Positions 1 to 12,135 of a stretch of 64,000 nucleotides of DNA are shown one piece after another (position 1 is the stretch's first letter; each line of letters begins with the position of its first letter). The notes under the pieces were generated by a model. It was not told the DNA's origin and ran no database searches. It saw nothing but the letters and a program-made list of their open reading frames with translations. Position numbers and translations under genes: made by a program. Source of the stretch: Octopus sinensis. Its lineage: Eukaryota. The stretch spans positions 23,250,001 through 23,314,000 of the forward strand of contig NC_042998.1 of assembly GCF_006345805.1 (NCBI RefSeq), given 5' to 3'.

Positions 1-1035
1 GAAAAGTATAACATTCCAGTCAATATAACCTTGTTTTAATCAATGAAATCTTATATCACATAACATTGCTACCTTTCAACCAACTCCACAAATATGTTAT
101 ATCTGTTGAAATGAGGGCTCTCAAATTTGTTTCTAAGAGCCCTACTTCCAGCTCTTAACACCCATCTACTTTGGTCGTCCATGAATTTTGGCAACATGCC
201 CTAATTCTACACTGTAAACACAATGTATTCCAATTTCCCTTGGACTGAGAGTTTGTAAATACAAAACCACACGCCCCCCCTGGCTTTTAATAATTCTAAC
301 ATGTTTATAAATACCTATGAATATACTTGATCGTTTCCTTTTTACTTCTTTGATATAAGGTGCTCAGTTTCTTTATCAGCCAAAGATAGCGCTTTAAAGA
401 GCACTGGAAAATCTCAAATCAAATTTAATATCAGAGCTAACAAGATTTAGTTCAGCATATATATATTTTTTTATTTTATTTTATCTAGTTTCAGCTCACG
501 AGCTGTGGCCATGCTGGGGCACCACCATATATATATATATATAACATATATATATATATAAATATATATATTCTATCTACCTAAGAAAGAAGAATTAGTA
601 TATATTATGAGAACATATTAAGACTTGTAGAGCTGTCTTGTTATAACACATTACAGCATGTGACTAAAAATTTAATCTACCATCAAGAGAAAAACTGAAT
701 AAGACAAGAATCACTAAATATTCTTTTATACTCTAGGCACAAGGCCTGAAATTTTTGGGGAGGGGGCTAGTCGATTAAATTGTCCCTAGTATGCAACTGG
801 TACTTAATTTATTGACCCTGAAAGGATGACAGGCAAAGTCGATCTCAGCAGAATATGAACTCAGAACGTAAAGACAGACAAAATACTGCTAAGCATTTCA
901 CCCGGCTTGCTAATGTTTCTGCCAGCTCACCGCTTTAGAATCAGTAAATATTGGTGTAGTTTGAACTCAGAATAACCAGGAACTTAGTTTGCATCATAAT
1001 AATGTAAAGAAATATTAAAACCTATGAGACAAAGT

Positions 1036-1331
1036 GATCACCATGACTGACCAGGCTATCAGATGTTGTTACACATCGCTGGTCACAATGCGCTTCACAT
1101 TGTTTTAGCCTTCAAATGATGCCACCCCACTGAGTAAGCGAGCAGGCCAACAGAAGAAAGAGTGAGAGAAAGTTGTGGTGAAAGAGTACAGCAGGGATCG
1201 CCACCCCCCCACTCCCTGCTGGAGCCTCGTGGAGCTTTAGGTGTTTTCGCTCAATAAACACACACAACGCTCAGTCTGGGAATCAAAACCGCGAGTCCAC
1301 TGCCCTAACCACTAGGCCATTGCGCCTCCAC
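1036..1331 (-). mobile_element. tRNA-derived SINE (head TGTGGAGGCGCAATGGCC), tail type 1
   Basis: A/B-box-like head on the minus strand; 12-bp TSD ATGAGACAAAGT at 1024-1035 and 1332-1343. Confidence 0.85.
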
Positions 1332-1810
1332 ATGAGACAAAGTATTTCAACCTAATTTTTTTTCTTTAGAGTGATGAAGGACTTTCTTATAGAGAAAAGA
1401 AACGGACAAAGAGAATAGTCAACCTTGTAACAGAATGCAATTTCAAATAATTTGGAATCAGTGATGTAATTGTTTTAGGTTATGAATGCCATATGTTAAT
1501 CAACTGTGTGGTTAATCAGACAGGGAGGGAGATGTTATTCCCTTTGAATGATGTATCAATAGTATTGTCAACTGTCTCCAAGATAAAAAGAGATGCACTG
1601 GTCAGAGGTAATCATACTGGACATAAACTGATGGATTGAATTTTGAAAAGCAGTTGTGAAACTTAGCAAAATTAATTCAAATTAGAGATAGCTTTAAAAA
1701 GACACAGTTAAAGTTTGTGCTAAGTTGCAGAACCAAAGATGCCAAGTTACTAACAAGCTATTTTGAAACTAGTACAGAAGGTCTTTGAAGCCAGTAGAGA
1801 AGGTCTTTAA

Positions 1811-2032
1811 CCCATTTTAACCCAGGTTAACCCTGTTGAAATTTTGAAGATAGTTATATAAATAGAGGTAACAAATAGACAGAAGCATCCAGTTAACTTT
1901 TATTGCAGTAAATAAACCAACTATAATGGTTAAATAAATACAATAAGCACTATTTTGTGTCCTGTTAACCATTATTGTAGTAAATGAACCAAATACAACT
2001 GTCCTCAAGCGAGGATAGTGGGTTAATATGGG
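1811..2032. mobile_element. piggyBac-type MITE
   Basis: TIRs CCCATTTTAACCC / GGGTTAATATGGG (12/13 match), flanked on both sides by TTAA. Confidence 0.7.
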
Positions 2033-2049
2033 TTAATAACATCAAACAC

Positions 2050-2552
2050 TCAGTAGTATGGTGGATGCTAAGAAAACTAAATGCAGATGAATGGCATATG
2101 AAAGTTGCGTACAATATGAATCAAGGTACTGTTAACAAAGGTCAGAGTAGGCAATGAATTCAGCTAGGAAATTAACAAATAATTTTGTATCAGGGAAAGG
2201 TACTACTGGTGCCATATTTCTAGTGAGCAAACAGCAGAAGTAGCTGGCAAGGGTAAACCACAGTACTCAGTATTTGTCACTTTGGAGAAAGCCTTTAAAA
2301 GAGTTCTTCACTTGGTGATTTAATGATCATTGAAGCATCTGGATTTAGACGAATGGTTTGTGAGAGCCATACAAGCCATGCACAGGGATGATGTCAGCAA
2401 GGTGAGAGCTAACAATAAGTATAGAGACAAATTTAGTGTAAAGGTAGGGGTTCACTTGGGCTCACTGTTCAGTCCCCTTCTATTTATCAAAGTCCTTTAG
2501 GAATTTAAGACTGGATGCCCATGGGAATGTCTACATGTTGATATCCTTGTTC
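2050..2552 (+). mobile_element. Old degenerate RTE LINE reverse-transcriptase fragment
   Basis: Recognisably homologous to the RTE copy at 12.5-12.9 kb (GKGTT.AIFLV, FV..EKAF..V, GVH.GS..SPLLFI, FKTGCPWE), with stops and frameshifts. Confidence 0.75.
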
Positions 2553-2619
2553 TTACATTTCAAGAAATCTATTGCACTGTTTCTCTTCCTTGGACTAATT
2601 AAACAGAACTTCAGTAATA

Positions 2620-2945
2620 ATGATTATGATATGATGATGAAGATGAGCAAGTGGTGATGGTGGACGTTGTGAATATGGTAGTAGTAGAGGTTGTGGAGAT
2701 GAAAGAGTGGGGCTAAAATTACATGCTGTGGGTCATAATGAGGGTGGGGTTAGCGATGATGGTAATGATAGCGGAGTGGAGATGGTAGTTAGTGTTGCTA
2801 ACACAATAAGATGGAGAAACTGAAAATGATAATAGTGATGACGGTGGAGATGGCAACAACGATGGTGATGATGATGACAAAGATGATGCTGATGATGATA
2901 AGGAAGACAACAATGATGATGACGATGATGGATGATAGCATTGGT
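2620..2945. repeat. Degenerate (GAT/GGT)n low-complexity tract
   Basis: Imperfect trinucleotide repeats; source of the poly-Ser/His ORFs at 2719 and 2733. Confidence 0.8.
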
Positions 2946-3913
2946 GTTAAAAATATGCAAGCCAGTTATATATTGTACTAATTTACAAGTTAAGCGAAGC
3001 AAAGCAAATTGAAAGAAGAAAACAAGAAAGCAAAATTAAAAAAAAACAACCCAAAAGCAATATAAAAACATAGTAAATAATGAGAGAATTTAGATTGTTG
3101 TATTCAACAGCAGACAGAGAAAGGAAAAAAAAAATTACATTCAACCATTAAACTCAGGAAGGAAGGAGATTTCTACAATTAGAACATTGTTGTAAAAATT
3201 ACTGTAAAAATATCCAAAAGTGAATGTGGAAAATTAACACGAATAGCTACAAATATCAAACAAAGCCAAACGGAGAGAGGGGAGATTTATTTCGAAGGTC
3301 AATGGTTAAAAAAGAGACTAAAGCGACAAGAGGAGAGAGAAGAGAAAGACAAGGAAGCGGTAAAATATGCAATAAGTGTAAAATAATAAAATATATAACA
3401 AGTATAAAAGTATTAAAAATAAAATTGATAAATAATAATATACGTATTATATAAAAAGAATTGGCAGGGGGAAAAAAAAAATCACAGTTTTATGGCTGAC
3501 ACTCAAAAGAAAGGGGCTGAAAAAAGGAATTGTTCAGCAAGAATCATAGCATTGATGCAGAAAGGTCAAGGTTCAAATAACTAGTGAAAAGATTTTTTGT
3601 TGACAAGAGAAAAACCTAAAGCCATTGTGTAGGAAATGAACAAAAATATAAACATAAAAACATAAGTGTTGTTGCTGTTGTTTGACTCCCACTGAAACCA
3701 AATTCAGCAGATTTATGATTGAACAAACTCTTAACTATGGCTATCTCATCTTATGTTCGTGTATGGTGTATCTAGAATAATATTATCTAAAGTAGGGTTT
3801 CTCAAACGGGGCCCATATAAGATTTTGTTGTTCAAATTTCCAGGCAATAAATTGGTTATATTTCTAAAATGCATAAAATATTTTATCAATTTTTTTTTTT
3901 TAATACAATTCCC

Positions 3914-4710
3914 AGGCTGTGTGGTAAGTTGCTTGCTTACGAACCACATGGTGCCGAGTTCAGTCCCACTGCATGGCTCCTTGGGCAAGTGTCTTCTACT
4001 ATAGCCTCGGGCCGACCAAAGCCTTGTGTGTGGATTTGATAGATGGAAACTGAAAGAAGCCCGTCATATATATATATATATGTATGTATTGTGTGTATAT
4101 GTTTGTCCGCCCAACATCGCTTGACAACCGATGCTGGTGTGTTTACGTCCCCGTAACTTAGCAGTTTGGCAAAAGAGACCGATAGAATAAGTACTAGGCT
4201 TACAAAGAATAAGTCCTGGTGCCAATTTGTTCGTCTAAAGGTGGTGCTCCAGCATGGCCACAATCAAATGGCTGAAACAAGTAAAAGTGTAAAAGAGTAT
4301 AAAAATATGATAGGTGTAGGAGTGGCTGTGTGGTAGGAAGCTTGCTTCCCAACCACATGTTTCGGGTTCAGTCCCACTGCAGAGCACTTTGGACAAGTGT
4401 CTTCTACAATAGTCTCAGGCAAACCAAAGCCTTGTGAGTGGATTTGGTAGACAGAAACTAAAAGAAGCCCGTCATGTTTGTGTGTGTCTTTGTGTCTATT
4501 TGTACCTCACTGCCATTTGACAACTGGTGTGGGTGGGTGTGTTTAATGTCCCTGCAACTTAGCAGTTCAACAAAAGAGTACAATAGCGTAAGTACCAGGC
4601 TTGAAAAAATAAGCCCTGGGGTCAATTTGTTTGACTAAAACCCTTCAAGGTGGTGCCCCAGCATGGCTGCAGTCTAATAACTGAAACAAGTGAAAGATAA
4701 AAATAAAAGA
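3914..4710 (+). mobile_element. Two tandem SINE copies (head GGCTGTGTGGTAAG, internal TA/TG microsatellite, tail ending GACTGAAACAAGTAAAAG)
   Basis: Copies at about 3914-4290 and 4320-4710. Same family recurs at about 18880-19500(-), 21490-22100, 24840-25205(-), 28210-28430, 38055-38820, 44810-45200, 53780-54210(-), 60650-61030(-). Confidence 0.8.
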
Positions 4711-5280
4711 TAGGATTTTTTTTAAACATGGAATGGCTATGAATGTCCATACTAGTAAAATAGGAATCAAATCAAGTCCATAGTCAAAAACAAAAGAGGT
4801 TGAGAATCACTAAAGTCTCCATCATTTAAAGAGAAGAAGGATGTCTGGTTGCTACACTATGTGTGCTACTGACCCCTTGCCTTGCTCTTTATATAGTAGT
4901 TGCAAATGATTGTGACTGTCATGGAAGCAGTGTCTTTTGTACCCAATCTTCAACATGTCTTGTCATGGGGAATGTCAGCTTACTTGGAAACAAGCAAGGG
5001 TTGGCAACAGGAAAGGCACTGGATTGTAGAAAGTTCATCTCAACAAATTCCATCCAACCCATGCCAGCATGGAAAAGTGGACCTCAAAACACGATGATAT
5101 GTTGATGATGAATTTACTGAAAGCATGATGAATACAAGATGGTATATTCTCAATAAACTAATCTGCTAGAGGTTTCAGATTCTGGTTCGGAACAAATACA
5201 TGTATGTATTTGATATTCTTGAAATAGGAAGTACAAAAACCATGACTCTTTATTTTTGCCTCTTCTGTCAGAATTTGTTT

Positions 5281-5522
5281 TGAAATTTCTAAAGCACCAT
5301 CCGATCGTGGCTGTTTGCCAGCCTCGTCTGGCACCTGTGCAGGTGGCACATAAAAAGCACCCACTACACTCTCGGAGTGGTTGGCGTTAGGAAGGGCATC
5401 CAGCTGTAGAAACACTGCCAGATCAGACTGGGCCTGGCACAGCCTCCTGGCTTCCCAGACCCCAGTTGAACCGTCCAACCCATGCTAGCATGGAAAACGG
5501 ATGTTAAACGATGATGATGATG
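5281..5522 (+). mobile_element. Short element homologous to the RTE 3' UTR, with (GAT)n tail
   Basis: Closely similar to 14200-14447 and 23890-24130. Related copies at about 17560-17900(-), 41935-42260(-), 46110-46300(-), 52710-52900(-), 56878-57110(-). Confidence 0.8.
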
Positions 5523-6055
5523 AATCCCCTTCTGTCGTGAAGCATAGTAATCAGAACAGGAGTTTACATACAAGTATTATACAGGTAGCTAAGTCCCACT
5601 TTTGACTTGCATCTGTAGCTATTTTCTTCTTTTAACTATTTTTGATGAAAATACAATCATCTCTTTTCCTGCGTAACTTTTATACTTCAAACCAATGTAA
5701 GAATTTAGTATTTAACACTAACATGAGTGTTTAATAAAATGCTCTTTATTAAAAAGAAATTGTTTATTTAAGATAGTAGCTGATCTGTGGTATTCAAAAT
5801 AGTTTCTAGAGCCAGAAATTCTGGTTTATGTCTAAAGAGAGGATTTCTATTCATTATTTCTGTTCATCTGTTATTAATGATTCAGTTAACATGGGTGGTC
5901 TAATGCTTGAAACTTTAATGCAGCTCTGATGGAATATTTCACTTTAAACTATCATGTATATAACACATCCATGATATACATCCTGTTTAATCTTTCGATA
6001 AAAACCTGCTTGAGACCATCCTTGGTTTTATAGTACAATTGTGTTTGTATTTAAA

Positions 6056-6449
6056 CTAGCAGTATCGCCTGGCATTGCTCGGGTTTGTTTCGACCCTTTA
6101 GAATTGGAATTTTTGTAAAGTAAAAATTTTGCATTATCTTGCTTGTTATTCTCTTTAAGTGAACATTTTTCTGGTTGAAATACACTGAAAAATGGCAACA
6201 CAGCAGTCAAAAAATCATAAAAAATAGGGATTTTCATAGAAAAAGAAAGCACTTTTTTTATGTAAATAATTTTTGGTGTTAACATGGTCCGATTTGAATT
6301 TTTTCTTCTACGGAAGGAAGAGCAAGCCTTCTTTTATCATACTCTCAATTTTGGTCAACTTGCACTGCAGGGTCTCAGGGGAGATAGTGTTAGTTGAAGG
6401 CTACCAAACCTGCCACACACAGATAACTTCAGCTTTATATATATAGAGA
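6056..6449 (-). mobile_element. Non-autonomous Helitron, copy 1
   Basis: Minus strand begins TC, ends with a CCCG...C(A/G)GG hairpin then CTAG, and sits between A and T with no TSD. Near-identical to 10585-10982. Confidence 0.8.
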
Positions 6450-6814
6450 TTAAAACCATTATAACTGTATACAATAATTTTTAATTAAGTTATGTTCCAA
6501 ACACCCACATAATAATAAAGAATGACAGAAAAAAGAAATACCCAAGAATGCCTGCAGCATAAATAATAGAAAAATAATATAGTAAACCAAGAAATTTTAA
6601 TTAGTGATAAGAACAATTATTTTTAAATGTTTGATTTAATTTATTTTTTTGAAGGCATGGCTGTGTGGTTAAGATTGCTTCGTAACCAAATGGTTTCAGA
6701 TTCAATCCCATTGCACAGTACTTCAGGTAAATGTTTTTACTGTACACTTGTGCCAACAAACACCTTGTGAATGGATTTGGTAGACAAGCTGTATGGAAGT
6801 CCACTATATATGTA

Positions 6815-6851
<37 letters not shown>

Positions 6852-7777
6852 TATCCTTTTTTATTCTTTTATTTGTTTCAGTCATTTGATTACGGCCATG
6901 CTGGAGCATCGCCTTTAGTCAAGCAAATCAACCCCAGGACTTATTCTTTGTAAGCCTAGTGCTTATATAGTCATTATAGACATACTATAGCCATGCTATT
7001 TAGCTCTCTTTAGTTTTGGGCTACAGGCCCAATTAGCCCTACACATGAGCTAGCTTAAAGATTTGCAGAGAGAGAGGGGGAGGGAGAGGGGGAGAACCCT
7101 GAAATTAATATTTAATTAAAATTAATTATAGAACGCAATAAGGAGTTATTCTGAACTTTAAGAGTATTGTATTAATTTTGAAAATGTTCCATGCTTTTTA
7201 GACGCAATCAGATAATCCCAGTTTCATCATCATCATCACCATCATCATCATCATTAAGCATCTGTTTTCCTTGCTGGCACGGGTTGGACTGGCAACATCA
7301 CAAAAATCTTGTATTCTTCTCTTCATCCTAAGCTCTAGCAGCAACTCTGCTTAACTGACAATGTCTGGAATTGTCAGTGCTAAGGATTAGACTCACTTCT
7401 CACTGTATGCCATAATTAATCTTAATTAATTAAAACTTCAATGTTTTCTCCAACCCTTGTATATCTGACTGAAATAAATCATTTAGAAAATAATTGTTTT
7501 TATCACTTAAGGTGTAATTAATTAAAATTACACCCCAAGTGATGAGAACTATAATTTTCTAAAATACTAGTAAAACAAAAAAAAAGAAAGAAACAAAAAT
7601 AAAGGCAGGTGAAGACAGCTTAGAAATTTTGATTAATTAAATACAAAGTAAGCTATATGTTAGCAACCACTTTATCAGAAGTTAACTATCTTATTAAATC
7701 TCTTTCCAAGTTTATACTATGCCAAACCTAATTCAAACAGACGAGCAATGTATTACGTAAAAGGTATGGTCATAAAA

Positions 7778-8007
7778 AGGCGGCGAGCTGGCAGAAACGT
7801 TAGCACGCCGGGCGAAATGCTTAGCGGTATTTCGTCTGCGTTACGTTGTGAGTTCAAATTCCGCCGAGGTCGACTTTGCCTTTCATCCTTTCGGGGTCGA
7901 TAAATTAAGTACAAGTTACACACTGGGGTCGATGTAATCGACTTAATACCTATGTCTGTCCTTGTTTGTCCCCTCTGTGTTTAGCCCCTTGTGGGTAATA
8001 AAGAAAT
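7778..8007 (+). mobile_element. Young SINE (head AAGGCGGCGAGCTGGCAG, tail CCCCTTGTGGG.AATAAAGAAATA)
   Basis: Perfect 16-bp TSD AGGTATGGTCATAAAA at 7762-7777 and 8008-8023. Family copies at about 720-940(-), 15210-15610, 16700-17080(-), 40838-41038, 47126-47580, 49331-49550, 54210-54380(-), 59560-60235(-), 61340-61575(-). Confidence 0.88.
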
Positions 8008-8152
8008 AGGTATGGTCATAAAAGAGCTGATATATAAAATGCTATGGCATTCACAAGCGTTTCCATGGCCATTTCTCTACCATAGGTCTAACCTTGTCTG
8101 AAATCAAAAACAAAAGTAAAAATTAAAGGAAAACAAAAGAAGAAAGGCTTAC

Positions 8153-8260
8153 CAAATGACTTGGCATGAGACCATGCCTCTGGTAATAAGTGTAGGAAAA
8201 CATCCCCTAATAAACCACCGACAGCAAAACTGAGGAAGAGTTTAAGATTGTTACTGGCAG
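8153..8260 (-). CDS. SLC39A13: Internal coding exon of a LIV-1 subfamily ZIP zinc transporter (ZIP13-like), TM2 region
   Basis: 108-nt phase 1-1 exon between acceptor gtctttattctctttcAG and donor GTaagc. Translates (A)ASNNLKLFLSFAVGGLLGDVFLHLLPEAWSHAKSF, matching the ZIP13 motif LLSFA.GGLLG.VFLHLLPEAW (ZIP7 has a different LHLIPHA motif). Confidence 0.9.
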
Positions 8261-8479
8261 CTGAAAGAGAATAAAGACTGTGTTATTTACGTAATATAGA
8301 AAAATTCCTTCATCATCAGCTTCAACAAAGAACAAAGGAAGAAGAAGAAAAAAAAAGATCAGAAATGCTATGATCAGTCCCATTGCGTGGCACCTTGGGC
8401 AAGTACCTCCTACTATGTTCCTTGGGCCAACCAAAGCCTTGTGAGTGGATCTGGTAGACAAAAACAGAAAGAAGTCCAT

Positions 8480-8516
<37 letters not shown>

Positions 8517-8529
8517 TATATATATATAA

Positions 8530-8790
8530 ATTGAGATAGGGGTTGTGAGTGCAACCCACCATGGGATAACATATATCCAATATACTGCCAGTAAAGCACC
8601 CAACAAAGTTAATACATATTCACTTATACATACTGTACTTATTGTATCATATTACTCATTGATGTGCATTGTTTTGTTCTATACTATTATGTTTGACCTT
8701 GATGTTCATATGTAGTGGTTTAATAAATTATGTGATTGGGTACTATCTGGTAGTTGATTATTGATTAAGGTGTATTTCTCCATTTTCTTA
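8530..8790. mobile_element. Interspersed repeat fragment next to (TA)n, possibly a Penelope-like end
   Basis: 8535-8615 is an inverted homologue of 39040-39120. Family assignment is inference. Confidence 0.4.
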
Positions 8791-8795
8791 TTTTG

Positions 8796-8842
<47 letters not shown>

Positions 8843-9434
8843 ATGTATGTATGTCTTTCGATCTGTGTTTGTCCCCTACCACCACTTAACAACTGTTAAT
8901 GGTGTGTTTACTCCCCCATAACTTAGCAGTTTGGCAAAAGAGATCAATAGAATAAAAACCAGGCTTTAAAAAATAAAAGTACTGGGGTCAATATATTTGA
9001 CTAAAATTCTCCAAAGCAGTGCCCCAGCATAGCCACAGTTTAACAACTCAAACAAGTAGAAGATAAAAGATGAAAAGAAAAATGGTATATTTATCCAAAA
9101 TATTTTATCTGGATTACTCGTATAATTTATTCCAAGTGTATAAAGGTGGAAGCTGAGTGATAAAAGTTGTGGGAGTCTGGTTAAGAGGTTAGCGGTTTCA
9201 AATCAGTGTAGTGTTACACTTTTCTACAAAGAATATAATTTGACATCATGGTTGGATGTAAAGAAACAATGGTGGGAAACAGAGTCCGATGAAACTGGTG
9301 GTAGCTGCTTCAGTGAAAACTTGTATAATGAGGTTTACGAGCTTGGATGAATTTATATGCCAAGAGGAGAAAAGATATTTGTTGTTTCAACACTATATCT
9401 TTGTGCGTGTATGTGTGTGAGTGTGTGTGTGTAT

Positions 9435-9490
<56 letters not shown>

Positions 9491-10584
9491 AAGAGAGAGA
9501 GATACAGACAGAGACAGACAGAGAGGAGGAAGGTATGCAAAGAAATTTATATTTTTCAGATGTCAGTTCAGAAAATTAATTAAAAAGAAGTTTCTCCCCA
9601 CTCTTTCTCTCAGATGACAAAACAGCCTCAAAACATCAGATTTCTTTTTCTCAAATAAATTTATTTAAAGAAAGAAAAATGTGGATTGAGCTAATTTTCG
9701 TTATGTAACACAACAAAACAGTTCAGCACACTGCATTAATGTAGAAAATATATACTTCCACCCCCATAGCATGGTATCTGAACTAGGAAGGGCATCTTGC
9801 TGTAATATTAGAAAGAAAAGAAATAAAAGTAAGAGCTCAATAGAAGAAGAAAATGAAAATAAGAATATTTGTCCAACAAAAAGTAAAAGAGAATATTCTG
9901 GTAAACTTAGGTGGGTGGAATTTCGGTATTACTAAAGCAAGTCTATAGAGGTCCTATGTGAAGTTTTGGGAGGGAGGGCAATGAAAGGAAGATTTACAAT
10001 AGAAACTTGGGTAGTTTGAACTAGTTCCTATCAGTGTGTATGATAAGAAGGAAATATAAGTAATTTACAATGATTTTCCGACATGAGTAAAAACAAGTCT
10101 TAGATTGCAGTAAAGAAGAAGGATTAAGTTTTACACGAAGAATCACATTTTTGGAAGATAAAACCAAGAAAATAATGTACAGTGCATGTTTTTGCTATTA
10201 CTAGAATCAGTTTGCAAATCAATATGGCTAGTCAAGTAAAACACACACCTACACACGCGCATGCATGCACACATGTGCACATGCACACACACACATACAC
10301 ACACACATGCACACACACAAAGTATAGAATTTGTTTCCAGGTGTCTTTTATATTTGGTTGCTTTCATGAGTGATAAAAACGGATTTATAACTAGAACTGC
10401 AAGATTGTTCAGAATGCCAAATGTAATATGCTGCTACTGCTACTACCACTACTACTACTACTACTAATAATAATAATGATAACAATAATATTGTTGTATT
10501 TATGGATAGTCATGTTGCCAGTTTAGCCAATAAAAACACGTGCGCTATCTATTTGGTGTTCACTTGCTTCACCTTTATTTTATG

Positions 10585-10982
10585 CTAGCAGTATCGCCCG
10601 GCGTTGCTCGGGTTTGTTTCGACCCTTTAGAATTGGAATTTTTGAAAAGTAAAAATTTTGCATTATCTTGCTTGTTATTCTCTTTAAGTAAACATTTTTC
10701 TGGTTGAAATACACCGAAAAATGGCGACACAGCAGTCAAAAAATCATAAAAAATAAGGATTTTCGTAGAAAAAAAGCACCTTTTTGATGTAAATAATTTT
10801 TGGTGTTAACATGGACCGATTTCAATTTTTTCTTCTACAGGAGGAAGAGCAAGCCTTCTTCTATCATGCTCTCAATTTTGGTCAACTTGTGCCGCAGGGT
10901 CTCGGAGGAGATAGTGTTAGTCGAAGGCTACCAAACCTGCCATACACAGACAACTGCAGCTTTATATATATATAGAGAGAGA
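10585..10982 (-). mobile_element. Non-autonomous Helitron, copy 2
   Basis: 5'-TC, hairpin CCCGAGCAACGCCGGG and CTAG-3' on the minus strand; no TSD; near-identical to 6056-6449. Confidence 0.8.
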
Positions 10983-10994
10983 TTAATCATTAAT

Positions 10995-11383
10995 TGTGGA
11001 GGCGCAATGGCCCAGTGGTTAGGGCAGCAGACTTTCGGTCGTAGGATCGCAGTTTCGATTCCCAGACCGGGCGTTGTAAGTGTTTATTGAGCGAAAACAC
11101 CTAAAAGCTCCACGAGGCTCCGGCAGGGGATGGTGGTGATCCCTGCTGTACTCTTTCACCACAACTTTCTCTCACTCTTACTTCCTGTTTCTGTTGTACC
11201 TGTATTTCAAGGGGCCGGCCTTGTCACTCTCTGTGTCACGCTGAATATCCCCAAGAACTACGTTAAGGGTACACGTGTCTGTGGAGTGCTCAGCCACTTA
11301 CACGTTAATTTCACGAGCAGGCTGTTCCGTTGATCGGATCAACCGGAACCCTCGTTGTCGTAACCGACGGAGTGCTTCCATCC
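10995..11383 (+). mobile_element. tRNA-derived SINE (TGTGGAGGCGCAATGGCC head), tail type 2
   Basis: A box TGGCCCAGTGG, B-box-like GTTTCGATTCC; 10-bp TSD AATCATTAAT at 10985-10994 and 11384-11393. Confidence 0.88.
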
Positions 11384-12135
11384 AATCATTAATATAAAAT
11401 AAAGCTGGAGCAAGTGAACACCAAATATACAGTTTGTGTGTTTTTCATTGGCTAAACTGGCAACATGACCATCTCCAAATACAACGATATGAGTTTCAAC
11501 AAGCAAATTCACATCAAGAATCTTGCGAAATGAATATATAAACATAATAATGATTTCATTTATTTGCCACAAGGGTGAAGGATGAGGGGGAAACGCCCTG
11601 GCTCTCATGGCTTCTGATTTTAACTGATTGGAAGTATTATCATGTACACTGCTGTGTTTTGGTCTAAAAGATGGACTACAGCAAATATTCTGCTCAATAC
11701 CACAGATTTACTTGTCAGTTGCTTGACCTTAACCAGTTGACCATGTCTCTTAATGGCTGACCATATATGTATCTCTGATCATGAGCAGAAGTAGTGGGGG
11801 AAGCATCATAGCCATATGTTGAGAAGAATTCTTTGGGGTTTGAATAATTCACCTTTGAAAACATGGGTGTTTCGTTCAATATCCTTAAACAATCCTTATT
11901 CAAGGACCTTTTGAGTGGGATGGACTACTCTACTTGAAGAAAATTCTAATTGGGCCCTACCTGCAAGGTCATGCACTGTTTATCTTGATATGAGATCACC
12001 AGGTTGTGCACACATGGTTGTACCCTTATCAGACAAGTAGTCATGATGGGTATACTGGCTTCGTATATTTTACCCCAGTGTCCCTTTAATGGCATGCACT
12101 GCTTCTCACGCAATAATAATAATAATAATAATAAT

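Larger units (their letters stand above)
10490..11489. mobile_element. Palindromic foldback element interrupted by a Helitron and a SINE
   Basis: Arms 10490-10584 (+10983-10994) and 11384-11489 are reverse complements of each other (...CATGTTGCCAGTTTAGCCAAT...GGTGTTCACTTGCT...CTTTATTTTAT). Confidence 0.7.

Noticed and set aside
8291-8380. Hydrophobic minus ORF segment LLPLFFVEADDEG as the preceding ZIP13 exon
   Set aside because: It would leave a ~31-nt intron; it is a pyrimidine tract next to a SINE fragment and lacks the ZIP13 TM1 motif.
9755-9802. Exon-like MPFLVQIPCYGGG upstream of the ZIP13 exon
   Set aside because: Sequence resembles a decayed SINE tail (AGGAAGGGCATC..GCTGTA); weak donor; poor homology.
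10995-11070. tRNA gene-like sequence (also 40385, 21731)
   Set aside because: Heads of SINEs with TSDs and bodies; no intact acceptor stem.
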